Shown: positions 38,901-53,512, counted from the stretch's first letter. The stretch is 64,000 bases of DNA from Phallusia mammillata (GCA_965637545.1 OZ281500.1:6510001-6574000), one strand, 5' to 3'. A program made the numbers and translations. Notes: generated by a model from the letters alone, not told the origin.

Positions 38901-39338
38901 CTACAACACGTAACAAACCGGCTTAGATGACGCAAACATTTCAACTCGATCACCAACAAACACATTCTCACTGGTTTTCAAAGCAGTTTGCGTTTCAGAG
39001 TACAACAATAAGCAAGAACTTTCAATAGCCAATCCTAAAAGCATGTTTCATCCATAAGGCAACGTATCCAAGTGTCTTGTTTTCTAAAATTTGACTGAAA
39101 AGCAAACTCCTATACCTGGAGCTTCTTCCTGTAGGCAACTGATAGATGGTGGAAGAGCCAGGCTGTGTCGCCAACGGACTCGCTTCATATCGTTAAGTGC
39201 TTGATGACCGCCTGACACTGCCGCCGCATCAAGACTCACTCGGCGGGAAATTAAGGGTCTATCAGGCCGCAAAATGATCTGCAACTTGTCGGCCCCGGTG
39301 TTCGTCAGGCGGATTTCGTTACACTTTAATGCGTCCAT
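14210..39338 (-). CDS. TENM: Teneurin (Ten-m/Odz), full-length multi-exon gene; start shown is the proximal first exon (39338-39116)
   Basis: Canonical domain order: intracellular exons (39338-39116, 38135-37788, 36014-35884, 35770-35619); TM FSWKCAAISFILISLILGVSLLAFVL; furin-like RSRR and TGFLQFMEPGTWHLAVFNDG; 8 EGF repeats; DCQDPDCC; VIRGKV..GSPLVG; NHL repeats; YD repeats; RHS core YSPFGQV/IGFRGGIYD; terminal YPELADSGRNVKF. Confidence 0.97.
15245..21574 (-). CDS. TENM: Teneurin exons encoding the NHL beta-propeller, YD shell and RHS core (span approximate)
   Basis: SPVALASDTSGSVYVGDHNFIRKI, YYMAVSP, QLYVFNRDGRHVETRN, YIYDVYGRV, YDASGNMQSV, YTYDADGKLSKI, FEYDSMGHL, CDHMGSPIGVF, YSPFGQV. 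Confidence 0.93.
24017..26289 (-). CDS. TENM: Teneurin exons encoding eight EGF-like repeats
   Basis: Eight CxxxCxGxGxCxxGxCxCxxGxxGxxC units. EGF2 (GNGVYAHGKC) and EGF5 (GHGRMDTVTKQC) lack the third Cys, as expected for the teneurin dimerising repeats. Confidence 0.95.
24600..24623. repeat. (GT)n microsatellite, read as (CA)n on the teneurin sense strand
   Basis: About 12 consecutive GT units. Confidence 0.95.
24887..24900. repeat. (AG)n microsatellite
   Basis: agagagagagagag. Confidence 0.85.
30452..30756 (-). CDS. TENM: Teneurin transmembrane exon
   Basis: KKFRSRFRTRFSWKCAAISFILISLILGVSLLAFVLG; phase 2 to phase 1, consistent with its neighbouring exons. Confidence 0.9.
31762..31917 (-). 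other. Possible additional or cassette teneurin intracellular exon
   Basis: AG...GT-bounded 156-nt open frame ASPYTVTRDIHASIHYLFRPSRPAAGARPP...; HYLFRP resembles the teneurin intracellular HFLFKP motif. It is phase 0/0, whereas the flanking exons join in phase 2. Confidence 0.3.
32560..33530 (-). mobile_element. Possible heavily decayed non-LTR retrotransposon RT fragment in a teneurin intron
   Basis: In order on the - strand, interrupted by stops and frameshifts: GSPLS (near 33515; RT motif 4-like), EGYQYL (near 33070; YKYLG-like), QGEGSGL (near 32595; GGRGL-like). Spacing is roughly as expected, but no YADD motif was seen. Confidence 0.28.
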
Positions 39339-42300
39339 GTTTTAGTTTTCTTGTGCCTCATGTCGCAAAAAGCTGACCAATACCGGCACTTTGGAAACCC
39401 GGCTGGTTGATGTAAACTAAAGAGCAGTTACTGGTCTATGAAGTAGATGGTAAGTCACGCTGTGGTGTAATGTGTCTTGGCAAAACAGCAACTACAGCAT
39501 GTTATTCGTCTACCACAGCAGTTCTATAACTGTCGAACCAGCAATGTCGAAATACAACTTCGACTAAACTGAGAAATTTGTTGGATATGAAGCTGTCTGA
39601 AGAGAAATTTAATTTAACCTACTAAGTTATAACAATATGTTGTAAACAACCTGCTTACCACGCAAATTTGCTACAAGCACAACCTTGCAAAACATGTACA
39701 ACTTTATTGTTGTGGTCTTGCTTGCTGACACGAATTAAGTAGAATAGCAACATCTTATAACCACTCGACATATTCGGAACTAGTATACGAGAAATAAGAT
39801 CTTTATGAGTCTTCGAACGACTGAGCTATATGACTGCTGACGGCGCGATTTGACTGCATTAGCCTGATGACTTCCGACAAACGTAATCTTTTTCGTCTTG
39901 GTTACGACCCGACCATCGACGATTACGTACGATTCGAACCTATAAGCCGAATGCTTGAGGCTACGATACAAGTAAAGTAAACGACTGCGCATTGTCAAGG
40001 CCTTAAAACGACTGGCTGAAGGGCACGAAGAGGGCAAAGCTACCACAGTGGCAATAAAATATACCTTGGGGTATTTCAGTCACAACAATATAAAGCACAA
40101 GTAATTAATGTTAAGTGCATTTAATGCTGAGGCAATTTAACAATATATTATGAACATAATACGGCATTAAAAGTGTAATTTTTAACAATTTTTAATATTT
40201 TTTAAGATTTAAAAATACGTTAATGAAGTACAAGACGGAAAACCTAGTCTTACTCCCAAGGCGGTAGTCAGGGCTTGAAACGCAATAAATCGGTTCGCAT
40301 GACGCCATTTTACTTCAGGTCAATACGTCTTAACTGTTTAGGTCTCAGCTTACTACTCAGGAAAAGCGTTCATCCCCACGAATGTTTCAGGTGCCAAAGG
40401 TCCTGGGACGCATTTTATTTGGGACCAAATGACCAAGAAAAATCGTGAAAGCGCCAAACACGGGTCACGCAATCCGCAAGGACAGGGCGACGCCGACTGA
40501 TTCTGTGACCCAAAACCGAGCCCTTGAACCCTGCACCGCTGTTTACTAAGTTGAGGCGAACAAAATGCTATAAATTCACTTCGGCTGTTTTTGACGATGA
40601 TCAAGCAGGACTACGTTTTAATGGTTATTTCACGTATGTAGCTATTTACAAAACTGCCACTCATATATACTCTGCACACTAAATATTTTTTTACTGACGT
40701 AAGATGCTGTATAAATTACTTTAAATGTTACATGCTAAATTGTTACTCCACCCATCTGCTTTTTAATAGTCTTCTACTATGCATCTATATCTGTATAGTT
40801 ACCGTTGACACTCAAAGCAATAAGCAGATGTCAACGCCTATCTCAAGTCTACGACTGAATGCCAGTTAATGTGCGGGCGCCAAACTCGCTACCCATCCCC
40901 GGTCGACCATTAAAGCGAGTCATCAGCACGAATGCTATTTACAAACGTCATTGCTTCGCGGAATCGAACCAAGACCTCGCGGCGTCCTACAACATAAGAA
41001 TCTTTTCTCATCAGCATAGGGATTAAGACTTGGGTTTATTGCTGCTTTACAGCTCCTGCTTGTGCGGTGAGGTTCGGTCACAGGCCAAGTATTCGTACAA
41101 CGCTTTCTATATTGCGACATTTAGCCTTAGCGTAAATTTGTAGTGTTCCGTGTTTCTGTAATTTGCAGTGACTGAAGTAAATCCATTAAGAGTAACGTTA
41201 CCAAAGGTCTGACTACCCAACCACTTGACACAAAAGAACGTTACATAAGCATGTTTGCCAACCTGAACGCAACTTTTCTGGGATAACCATTGGGCCACTG
41301 TAAGACAAGTACACGGACCAGGCAGGTGAAAATAAAGAACCAAGAACGGTTTCTAAACATCGACTCCAGAAAGGTCATCAAACGCCTATTTGCCAGATGA
41401 CCATATGCTGCACTCGTAACAACAATTACCCGGATTGTTTGCCCATTATTAGAGGGTATAACGACTAGAAGAGGATACAGATAAGAAGGAGATTATTACT
41501 GCGAAACAATCGAAGTCTTGGAAAGCTGAAGAGAAGATGTAATTGCGCAGATGTACAAATACTGAACGCCGTGTTGCATTACAGTCAAGACGTGTCTTAA
41601 AAATACAATTCAAGATGGCTAAAATCTTTAAAGAGTGTTATGTCACAGGAGGATTAACTATTTCCAGAGTTCGGCCTTAAATACAATAACATTTATTGAA
41701 AATACTTCTAAGCGTGGCACAATGTCGTTTGACCCCACTATCTGGACATTAATATCAATATCCCAGAAATCGCGTTAATAATCTTGGTCAAACAACTTGC
41801 GATATTGAAAATATGTGCGCACATATGGCTAGGGAAATATGCTAGCGATAATATGGGTATCGATTTGACCTGCTCAGAATCTGATTACACTGGTCGGTGG
41901 AGAGTAAAAACCAATTCCACCCGGTCAAAATTCATCACGTCCATTGATGCATGGTGTAGTTTGTTTAAAAGGTCAATGTTCGCGTGTGCAATCTGCATTT
42001 GCCACCTTGACAAAGTAACGCTATTTTGGCAGCATTTTGACTCAAGCGCGCCTGTGGTGGAAGGTTGACAGTGGCAGCAAATTAACGTAATCCTTGACAC
42101 GAATAACAAACCTTCTTGGCATTATCGTGATATGGTGTAGCAATGTATAGCAGCGGCCTAGATCAACAAGTCAATCTGCTGTATCACCGATATAGCAATG
42201 TGGCAAATCAACCGCACAAGGCTTTGCATACAAATTGCACCTGTTTCGTTGCCGAACAACTTATAGGGCTGTTAGCCTTTTGTCAGCCTGTACTGCGGCA

Positions 42301-42501
42301 AGATAAAGATCGACATGGCTTGCCTTTCTAAACAGTTTCACACGGCAGATGCTGCGTCTTGTCGTTTAAGTTATCAAACAAACGCAGAACTGGCGCCACC
42401 CCAAAGTTTTACTTTGCCACATCTTATTGCATGCGGTGTACATTTAATATCATCCCACCAAACATATACCAACACAAGATAGTTATCATATTATTTATTA
42501 C

Positions 42502-42595
42502 CTGATGATTCAGTGTCGGTATAACTTGTCGTGCCTTTTCTGTCCCGCAGTGCGGACGCCTCGATTTTCATGTCGTAATACATTCGGCCCGACAT
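42502..42595 (-). CDS. Candidate alternative first coding exon of teneurin
   Basis: ATG at 42595; MSGRMYYDMKIEASALRDRKGTTSYTDTESS followed by G|GTAATA; 94 nt, phase 1, matching the acceptor of exon 38135. Confidence 0.55.
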
Positions 42596-45500
42596 GGGCG
42601 CCGGGTAATAGAAAATAGACTCACGCCAGTCGCAAGCAGCAGATCTTTGACAGTGTCAGATCACTGTTTCATACACAATTCCTATATTTAGATTTGGCTT
42701 TGCAAAGCTTGCTAATACAGTAGTATAAAGTGTACTCCGTGGTGCTGTGGATAAAACAGGTGCCATGATCGATTATTATCCGTAGCATTGCAACGCTCCA
42801 ATGCGGATTTGTTGCAAACTTGCGGCTATGCTATGCCTGATTTAACCTCATAACTTCCAAATATAGCTTGTTACATCAACATTAAACATCCCTTCCAAAA
42901 CATGTGCACTTCATTGGACGTTTTGTAATCGCAACCTTTATATCGGTTTGTGGACGGATAAACAATACACACACTGTTCCAGATACACACTGTGAAAAAC
43001 AAGGTTGTTTATTATTCCGGTTTTAAGGTGAGCAGTTTCTGCAACAAATCGTACGTGTTTTCCTTGTTATTTTATTTGTATTTTATGGGCTGGTCTTTCA
43101 CATAGACCTGACATTTCGAGAAGTTTTGTATGGCTTACAATTGGCAGTCAAACGTGACGGTGTTCACGCTTGATTGGTCAGGGAATGTAATTACTCAATT
43201 TAGCCAAATCCAGTAGAAGCCCCGTATAATACACAGGGAGGTGCGAGATTTGCCACTTAGAACCGGCTTCTTTATAAACTGGAGCCGATTTAGCTCTCGT
43301 TTCGTGTCAACTTCTAAACACGGCAACTAAACGAGCACGGTAATCCAGATGCAAAGTTTCCCCATTCATAAACTAATAACTTGTCCGATATTTACGCAGC
43401 GCTCATGCGTTGGCCAATAAAAGGCTCAACGGATGCCGTTGCCGGAATTTCACGCTCCTCTAATCCTATTTTCAGAAAAATTTACTGTAATTAGTCGTGT
43501 CCTGTTTACATGCGCCGACTGGATTACGAAGCTCAATACATTTGGCGGTGAAACGACGGCGCTTGTTTGCGAACGGGCGGATCGCGATTAAGGTCCCATC
43601 CGAGTGAGGATAATCCGTCTTCTCGTGCAACTTGACATTAAACTGTGAACTGAAAGCTTAACTGCTCGCTGTTTGGCCAACACACATTGATGGGACGGTC
43701 GACGCACGAAGCCCCGTGAACGCGAGGGATGAACTATTTTTAGTTTGCCTTTTACAGCCTTTGTGATGAGTCGCATTTTTGCGTCGCACTGAGCGGGGTC
43801 TTTTGCTGACGAGAATTTCTCATCAAACCACTCTACGTAGCACTAACCGACCGCCGTTTCTAAGCAAGTTTCAAAACATAATACAAACAAACTAAAAACT
43901 GACCTCAAACAGACCTTTCTGCTTTCTACATCATCAACTGATCAAACTGAACTATAAACTCCCTTGACATAATCATCCCAACCCCACAATCTGGTTTGTT
44001 TACATTAGATTCGAATCCACGAGAAACATTATGTTGATTTTCGTTCAAAGGTCGCCAGGGTGACCCGAAACTCAAGTAGGAGGCAAAAAAATGCGCCCGC
44101 AGGCGAAAACGATGCCAATTCGAGACTGGACATCGCGGCATGGCGACAATTTCACTGATTAGCGCGATTGGGCGATTATGAACCTAACATGTGGCGCTTG
44201 TTTGTAGTAGTTGTGCGCTGTTTGTCCATAGTGGCGTCATGGTACTTGAGAAATCATGTTATTTGAGCGTGCTGGGCATTGCGGCGAGCTGTTAGAAAGC
44301 ACAAGGGACTTGTTACATAAATATTCGGGGCCGGTAACATGTTGATCATAACGAAATCATTTGTCAAACATAACCACACCAACTTCAGGGACTAACTTGA
44401 TTCCCATGACTAAAACATTTTCTCATTGTTTAAGTTGTATTGATTACGTCACAGTGGGAACACAGTCACGTGTTCTGCAACTGCCGCCCACCGAGCGTCG
44501 GTCACGACCCCACGACAACAAATCGCAGCTGATTTATTTCGGTAATTCTCGGCCCAGCGGAGTTAAGCACAGGCGAGGTCACGGCTGGGTCTCACGTTTT
44601 GCTTAGCATCAGGCCTAATTCCCCGGCGACCGGCTTTACGCATGCGCTAAAATAACTCTACGTTAATAACTTCGTCTGCACGTTACAGACATATTATACT
44701 CAAGCTTTGTAAAAAAATTATAAACCTATAAGCACTAAAAACTTAAAGGCTATCATCGTATCACATTCTTTAAGGTTCGTATGAAAAAGCTTACAATGCG
44801 TTAAATACTATTTGCTGACAATTCTTGCCATGACCCGAGGGAGGTTATTACAATAGCTTGGCGAGAGAGACAGGGTTATTGCACGTAATTGCGGTGAAGC
44901 GAGGCTAAGCCAGCGGCTGAGGGGACACACTGCTGCCTGGGGGAATGGCGTCATTCGCTTTGATGTCGTCCCACCTTCAGATCAGCTTCTTCCGATGCAA
45001 TTACAAACACAAGGAGCTCGCGCCGAGCCGCATCAGAATGCGCTTAAGTTACTCCTGCCGCTGTTCGGCGGTCGGGATCAATTAAAGCTCTCTGTTGAGC
45101 TGCCGCTGCGAACTCAACCGGTGTTTTGTAAAGGTATGCGCGGCTCTTCGTGTTTTGCCAAAATAAGTCAACTTTTTCACGATTCATCGCATTAAAATAG
45201 CAACTTGGTATACAAGGTGCCGCGTAAATACCAGAAACCCCTTCCTAACTGGCAGTCTGGCACGTAAGGTATTAATGCCTTTTAAACACCCGGGTGCGAT
45301 CCATTAGCAACCATCGGCGCCGATTAATCTGGTTTGCTGCAACCGTCAGCTTGGTTTAGCACCCGCAATCTCTTTGCATTATTGCATTGCCTTTGATGAA
45401 AGCGCAACGTTTATGGATTACGGTCAGAGACAAGACGATTGCAAAAGCCATTTATGTCGATTAAGAATCAAAATTCAGAATTTACTGGACACAGTAATTG

Positions 45501-48500
45501 CATTAAACAGTTGCGATTCATTCCATTGTTACGCAAGGGCGTAAGTTATAAGACAAAGCATATTTTTTCTTTGCCACGGTATTTTTAAATTCAGGTTTAA
45601 AGCGCGCTATAAACTTATCAAAAACTTTAACCTTGTTTACCGCTATATGGCGCCGTTGAGCTCGATACACCTCTTCAGTTCGGCTGAGGTGGTTTATTAC
45701 TGGGTTGATACAAAAACAAACACAATCACAGCGCGACGCGAACTGTTGTTGCAATCCTGTTTGAAATGAAAACAAACGGCCATTCCATTCGCACAGTATT
45801 AGAGTCCTGGCTTACACCTTTGGCATGTCTTCTAACCTTGACGTACTGACGACTACGATTTGTTATCGAGCATAAGTCGGGGCGATTGAGGTGACAAACC
45901 GTGCACCAGCATCACCGTATTGTTTTGTTTATGTGTTTAACGCACGTAAGCCTCCTGTTTGACAATTTGGATACAATTATCAAGGATTTGGATTAGAAGC
46001 AAGTCATAAATAAAGCTACCGCAATTTCACGCACTTTACCAACTGACAAACAATAACTTCTTTCTTAACTATAAACTATACAACTCAAAAAATGCTCCAC
46101 AAAGATTTAATCTTGTAACCATTATTTTAAAAATTAAATATGACCCCTTTTTTGCCTGCTAACACTTGAAAACGAACTTTTCGACTCTTTACCTTAAGCT
46201 TAGACAAGCATTACCGACTTAGACATACATAGTAAACTGCAAGTACCATCTCAGGACTGACCCTATACTGACCAATGCAACTGGCCGAGTGTCCACAACC
46301 ACACGTGTGACTGCTGTCTATTTACAAGTCGAGCGTTTTTCTTTACACGACCCACAAACGGAACAATGGCTTGTGTTTAATCACGGCGACGGTAAAAAGG
46401 CAAGGAGCAGACATGGTAAAGCCGAAACCTGCTTCGCCGGCAAGTAAGGCCCGAAAGTCCGCGGACCACTTTTTCCTTCCTGTCGGCAAATTATTAGTTC
46501 AAACGCAGCGACGGCAGGCCATTGTTCATTCACACTTTAGTAGTTGAGTGTGACATATGGCTATTTGGGTTCATCTTTGATGAGTTATTGTTTAGACGTA
46601 CAGAACTTTGGCAAGGATGAAGTTGCAAACAAAAGGGGCATTACAAACAAGGTTAACATACTTTAACGCATGACTTAAAAAGTATTCCATAAAATCGGGA
46701 TAGAAAAAGTATAAAATATATGTGACTTTAACCATATTTAAAAATGCCGTTTACAATTTACCATGCCAAAAATGAAACATATATACAAACGCATCTTACA
46801 CCATAAACAAGCTTCTCAATATATACGATTCATTTTTTAACTCTATGGAGTCCCGACTATTCAATTGTGTTCACACACAAAGCATCAAAGCAAAACTTGG
46901 AGGCCCTAAGGGGATTTGATGCAATATATCGTAGAAAGTTGACGACCCTTTGTGTTTTGAACTCGAGATTTGAAACGATATTAGCTCGACCCCTGCATAC
47001 CACTCAAGTGATAGAGAACCCTCCTAAAGTAAATCAATCGGCCATTAGCTTAATGCGGAACGACAACAACATCTTAGGCTCGAAATCGATCAGTAATTGG
47101 CATCGTATCGACTTGATTTTCGCGTTTGCTACAGTTTAAAAGGTTCCGGTCGGTACTTGTTTATCTTCGGCTGCTTAACAAATAAACTAATTTTATTTGC
47201 TTAAAATTATATGTTTGCTGCACCTTAAATAAATTAATGTAAACCAAGAGAGACTGCCACATTTTTTGTATTTAAATACACAGTAGCCTCTGTCTGTACA
47301 AACTTTGAAGTAAAAAACAATGCTTTCACTTTAGGGGCAAGGGTAAGCTAAATGATGTCACCCGTGGCGTAATCGTTACTATATCTACCTTTTTTCCGGT
47401 TCGTTCGTTTTAGTTACGAGTCCAGGATATCTGGATGTGAGTCATACGCTGGAAATCTAGTGTCACAAAAATCCGAAACACGACCGTTAAAATATTCGCC
47501 AGACAATGATTGTTACGTCACTGTCTGATGTGTGTAATGGTTTGCGTCGCAAATGATTTCCAAACGTTACTGTAACCATTTAAAAAATAAATAATGAATA
47601 ATTCCGAACAGAAAGCGAAAGTTTTTTTGGAACGTGCAAAATGTTTGCTACATCGGCGGTTTTAAAAACCTCTGGCGGTAAACAGACGATCAAATTTCCG
47701 CTGACGCGGGGCGCAGTTTTTATCTTGGAAGTTGTAACCAAGTAGTATTACAATTTCATCTGCTTTAAGATAGTTACACTGAAGCAAAACAAACACCGCT
47801 AAACAATGAAAATAAAACACCTTAACTAATGCAAATTGCTTTTGACAAAAACTCAGAAGTACTGGCGCAGATAGGAATTGTTGGACGTAAATAAACACTA
47901 TAACTTGTTAAAATGCTACATTTAGAAAGTAAAATATTGAAAATAAATGCAGGCTACTACTATTTTCAAACTGAGGCAAGCCACACTTTAAGTTAATGTT
48001 TTATTTATAACTGGGCTGCAATTCGCTTTCTGTCGAGATTTTTGAACAATTGTTTTTGTTCACAGTTAGATCTGAATTCACTGGTATATGCCTAGCAATA
48101 GTCCCATAAAGCACACTGCAATATCTCTATGAGAAGCAATGCATAACAAACTAGATATTGAAACCCTAAAAACGCTCGGCACTTGCTTCGTAACTGATCT
48201 GAATGGCAACCACAGAACGGGGCAAAAACTCTGACGGCAAAACGCACGGGCACTTGCACACCCACGCGCGTGCACTGGTGGTGATTTCTTCGCACACACA
48301 CGCACGACAGGAGCGGCATGGGGCCAGGATTACAGTCCGAAACAGACTTGGGAGCTACCAATTCACTGGCCAGACGTCGACTTCGCTTTGACCGGCCACC
48401 GTTGTTGCAGGATTAAGTCGGGATTTATTCAATTGATCAGCGCTGCCGCTTCATGCTATTGGGGACTGTCGGAGAATTAAGGATTTAGCCCCATTACCGA

Positions 48501-51500
48501 CTGAAATTAAAATGTTTTTTGTATGGTCAAGGCCTGAAAGTAACTTTCACGTTAGATGTGACAACTTAGGATTCTTCAAAAACAAATTCAATCGCACAGG
48601 CTGTATGCTTTTTGCCTTAAAACAAAATGCTTTAGTTTGGATGGAAAAAAATCCCAATATAGTACTAAACCTTTAACAAACTTCACAATTTTACATTCAG
48701 GGCGCACTAAAAAGTTTTGAAACATTGTTCGAAATAAGTAACAGTGCAAGGTCAATAAGTACAACTTGTCGTTTTTAGTTATATTGGTTTTACCATCGAC
48801 GCTGAGAGGGTTACGAACGAATGCTACGTGACATTTTGTCTATACTCAGAGAGCGCACTAAAAACCCAAACCACATCACAGGTCATCTGGGCCGACCACC
48901 CCGGCGCGTGAAACGCATGAAATACTTAATTTGGCCCTTTCGTAAAGTCCACAGTCAATTCCACACTCTTACAAACTTACAAGCCTGAGTTTGAAATTTA
49001 GAATAAAAGCATTCATGTAAAATACAAATTACAATTTGGGAACACTATACACGGACTTAAAAAAAGAATTTAATCAAAAACAAAACTGTCACAGAACTTT
49101 TGCAGACAACCTGCACTGATGATGACAACAGCGATTGTTGAATAGTCTGCATGATGTAATCTACACACACAATTCTCAAAGCACTTATGTTTTTAATTAA
49201 ATTACAATGTATTACGTGACAATTATATCAACTGCCAAGTCTTTGGACAAAAGTCGGTTCCCATTCAGCAAAAACAAATAATCGATGCACAATATACACA
49301 AAAATATTGCTAACACATTGTGACACGATTTGTAACTCCCTTATGGGACTCTAACATAATACAGGCTGTAATCAAAATCTGAACACGATCGATGTATAAA
49401 TTTAAATGCAGTCAAATTTATCCGACTTTTTGCGTATTTTCAGCGCTTCCAGGTGGCAATGCCCGGTTGTAATGACGCAAAGTATGAGAAAGAAATTAGC
49501 GGATATTGCGTGGAGAAGTCAGCCATGCCGCAAACACCTGTAATAAGTAACATTCAAATCTGATCGACCATCACTAAGCTGTTATCAATTCGTGAACGTC
49601 CTTATTACGCACGAATCTCCGTTCGTAATAGTTAGTTGGCAAAAATGAACAGAATTCTTTGTTACGATTACAAAACACCTTTACATTTAACGGTTGTTGT
49701 TTGCTAAATCAACTACTTAACACATTAACTAAAACAGCCCAAAGTTTATGTAAACTACAGTGATTCGCCTGATCCATCAAGCTATAAACTCAACTAAATC
49801 TAAAAACATGCTCTGAAAATACAGAGCTTGCATGTGCGTTTATGCAACGTATTGCCTGTCATCTAATTCTATTACTTGCTTTATCTATTCTGGTGTCAGC
49901 ATATTCAGTCTGATTAGCTGCAAAGTGATACATGTGGCTTCAAAAGAGCCCCGGTCACAGCTAAAGGTTACAAGACTTTTGAGTGATCAATTATTGGCTT
50001 GATCGCATTCCACTGCCGAAGAGAAGTTATTTGCCACAAGCGCCTGTGTTTGCTTTGACTGCATGAAGCTGCTCGCCAAGACAATATGGTTTCCCAAATT
50101 GTTTCTTGCCAAACTGCATGACGTATAATCAGAGTAAACAGACTGGTTTTGACGCAGCAAAGGACATGCACTCCATAAGGCAAATGCGTACGCAACTTAT
50201 CGCGGTTAAAAATCCTTCGCAAAGTTAAGGTTAATTACCGTAAACTTTGTAAGGGAATTTTGCGCATTCCACCTTGACACCGTGGCTTGCCGCAATCGCG
50301 CGAATCTCATCATTCGCCCGCATTAAACGTAGACAGCGAAATGCACTTAATGGAGCGTAGCAGGTCTTATCAGCGCGGAATCGACACAGCATCAAGCTAT
50401 CTCTCTCCTGCCTATGAAAACCTGCCCGCCTGCTGCCAAATCCATTTCTTGCATTCGAACGAGTATAAATCCCAAACTGCACAAGGAGTCAATCTTGCGG
50501 CACCCTGTGGTCCGGGTAGAGACGCTTTCACATTAAACGTCACTTGCGTCAAATCGATTTTGCCCTTCTTAGGCATTTCGATCGCTGCAAGCTTATCATT
50601 TTGTAATTTGACTTTCCATATCCAAATTACATGCTTTTCATGAAACAAATTTTGGTAACAAGAGATGCAATTAATGGTAGAAGTGTGCTTATAGTTGACA
50701 ACGGTGTCAGTTGAAACATTTTGCGGTAAAAAGGGAAATTTCGTCAACTGGTTGCGAGAAAATCCAAACAAAATTTTTGACCCGCAATGCACTATCTGAA
50801 ATAACACATTTATCAATCCCAGGCATAATACTTGGTTCAGCCCCAGCAAGTAACTTTGAGGCCAAGCCACTTCACAGGAATATTTGCTTCCATTCCGTCT
50901 CCGTCGCTGCTCATGTTTGTATTAGCGACACTCCATCGTGGAACGCCGCCATCCCCTGGCCCACAGCACTGTCGCAATTATTCTGGGCACAGTGTCTGAG
51001 CACAACAGCGTTATGTCACCAGCTTCGTGCTTTCATTTCGATCCACGCGTTGCCAATATTCTCGCCGAAGTTGTTTTTTATTATGCCAAGTGTTACGCCA
51101 CGATACCCATGTTGGTACATTGTACCTGCTTGTGATGTAACGCCTGGTTAATGTTGCGGTGGTGAACGTGGCATTTGAAGGGAAATGAGTAAGAAAAGCG
51201 ACCATATTTAACTGAATTGTGTTGCACCTAACCATGTAGTAAAACAAAACTTTTCAGTAGCACATCTCCGACACAGATGACGTTTTACCCCCAAGTAATA
51301 GGGCAAGGTTATTCTCGGGGACAATTCTTAGGCCTTGCGCAAGCATTCAATTTATTCTCACGAACATGGCTCCGCGTCTGATATAAACCATGCACTTCCT
51401 CTGAGAATGAAAATGACGTAACACTGGATTTAGACACTGTCTACAGAATTTGACGTAACAGATATGATATAAACCACAGCGTAAACATGTTGATAGCGGC

Positions 51501-53493
51501 TTTGAGTCCCTTCTCCCAATATCCAGTGTACAGAAAACGTCGTAAAAGCCGTAAAAAGCCTTTAGATGGGTCGGCAAACCCACACCCACGAATTGGAGAA
51601 GGCTGGCAGTGGATGGAATTATCGTTAGTCACCACGAAGGTTTTGTGAGGGCCCCACGCTGGGACCTGGCATAAGCACATGGATTTACGAGTTTCTGACG
51701 GGCCACTGTGTTCCCTTCCGCCCGACGACAAACAGCAACGACTCATGCTGATATACGGCGAGTTCACAAATAACCACTCCACAACATTCCCTAAATACTA
51801 CTAGTCTTTACTTTACATGAGCCAAAAACGGCCAGTGGTTCGTTAACCTACTGGCCTTGTTTGTATCAGCATGTGAACATTACATAAAGGTCGTTTTGAT
51901 CTGAGATCGCTACACTGAAAAACGTGGTTCATCGCTAAATACAAAAAAACTCTATATTATCATAACTTGGTAGTTCATTTAGTTCAGTATATTAAATAAA
52001 CGGACATTTTTTCCTTATTTTGTGTCCTCAAATGCATGTTTATCAACTTTGAGAGTTGACTGTTGTTCGGTCGAACCGGATGGTGCCGAGTGACGCATGA
52101 GGTTAAAAAGCGACAAATTAGGATACAATTTCAAACTCTATCAAAAGGCGCACAGTCTCTATTCCCGCTGAGTAATGTGCGGGGTCTGTTCCGTCTGGCC
52201 GGGCACTCGGCTTCCCCCGGGTGATAAACGAGTTGTAATCCGACGGACTCACGAAGTAAATATTTAATAACAGCGTAACAGGGGCGAAGGCCCAAAATTC
52301 AATACTAGGTACGAACGCTGCCCGGTATCATGTTTCACTTAATTTTCGCCATTCCAGTACGAAATGACGTACAACGGTTGGACATCACTTTCTCTTGGCC
52401 ATAGATGATTATCATCTTGTGTTACACGCGCCGGGGCTCGATTACATAACCGATGTCCCTAATTTCAGTGAATAGTCACGGCCATTACATCTTTCATTAC
52501 ACGGCGTCGCAAACGAGTCAACGGCAATTTTTCCACCACTTTAGCAATCTCGAGATGGAACAGATCGATAAGGGAACCAGTCACGAGGCTTGTTAAGTGC
52601 CAAGCACCCTGTTTTCGTCGTTATTTCAAGCTTTTTCACTTTACTATAAGAGCGTGGGTTTGATGTAACTTGATTTTGAATGAAGTTCAGTGGCTGGTAA
52701 TGGCTGCGGTCAACTTTCAAAAAAACGTTTACTTGATATGTGGACAGGGTGTAGGAAAATTATGCGAGCAAATGACTTTAGAGCAAATTGAAAGCTGTTG
52801 TGGTAAAACAAACATAAACGTAAAACGCGCCAAGTTAAATTTTCTAAGCCATCAATTTTCCAGTCAACATCTACCCGTAAATCTTCCGCTTATCAAACTA
52901 AGCTGTTTGCACAAACATAACTATGAGTAATATGAACAACCCAAGCCCGCAAGTCGAATTGCAATACAAATACATGGCATTCTCTCGCATGTGTACGAAG
53001 CACATATGGAGGATATAGACTTTAACCCATTATCGGCAATGATCGCTAAAACGGGAAGTGTAACGGAAGGTCATCTGATGATTCGAAGTTGCAGCGTTCG
53101 ATCGTTGAAAAAACACGAAATCCGCACTGAGTCCATGCGCTTGTGTAGTCAGTTGAACAAATATTATTGGCCACTTCAAAAGGCCAGGCCGTCTCTTGGC
53201 GTGGAAGAGAAGGCGCTGGTATTTCATCTCAAGTTAGAAAAAAATCGATACAAAAACGTCTGTGGCGTTGATTCACCTCAAAATTGTTGCGTGAATCAGT
53301 TAAACGCATATATTTAAAATTTCTATGTCGTCATATAATGGATTGGTTCCTTGAGCACTTTGGATCATAAATCAATTCAAAAATTGATGCTAAAATACGA
53401 AAAGTTCGGACAGTTTGAAATTAATACATCCGCGCTTAGAAAAATACAGTATTTATGTATCGTACTTGTTATTGGTCAAATAGTTTAACTAAC

Positions 53494-53512
53494 CTGGAGA
53501 TAATCTTGGCAT
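53494..53512 (-). other. Possible very short alternative first coding exon (MPRLSP)
   Basis: ATG...CCAG|GTTAGT; 19 nt, phase 1. Short enough to be chance. Confidence 0.2.

Noticed and set aside
39430-39600. SINE-like segment (tgtgtcttggcaaaac)
   Set aside because: No clear A/B boxes, no TSD and no second copy noticed in the window.
46413-46545. Short ORF MVKPKPASPASKARKS resembling a histone H1 tail
   Set aside because: Too short, no globular domain and no splice context.
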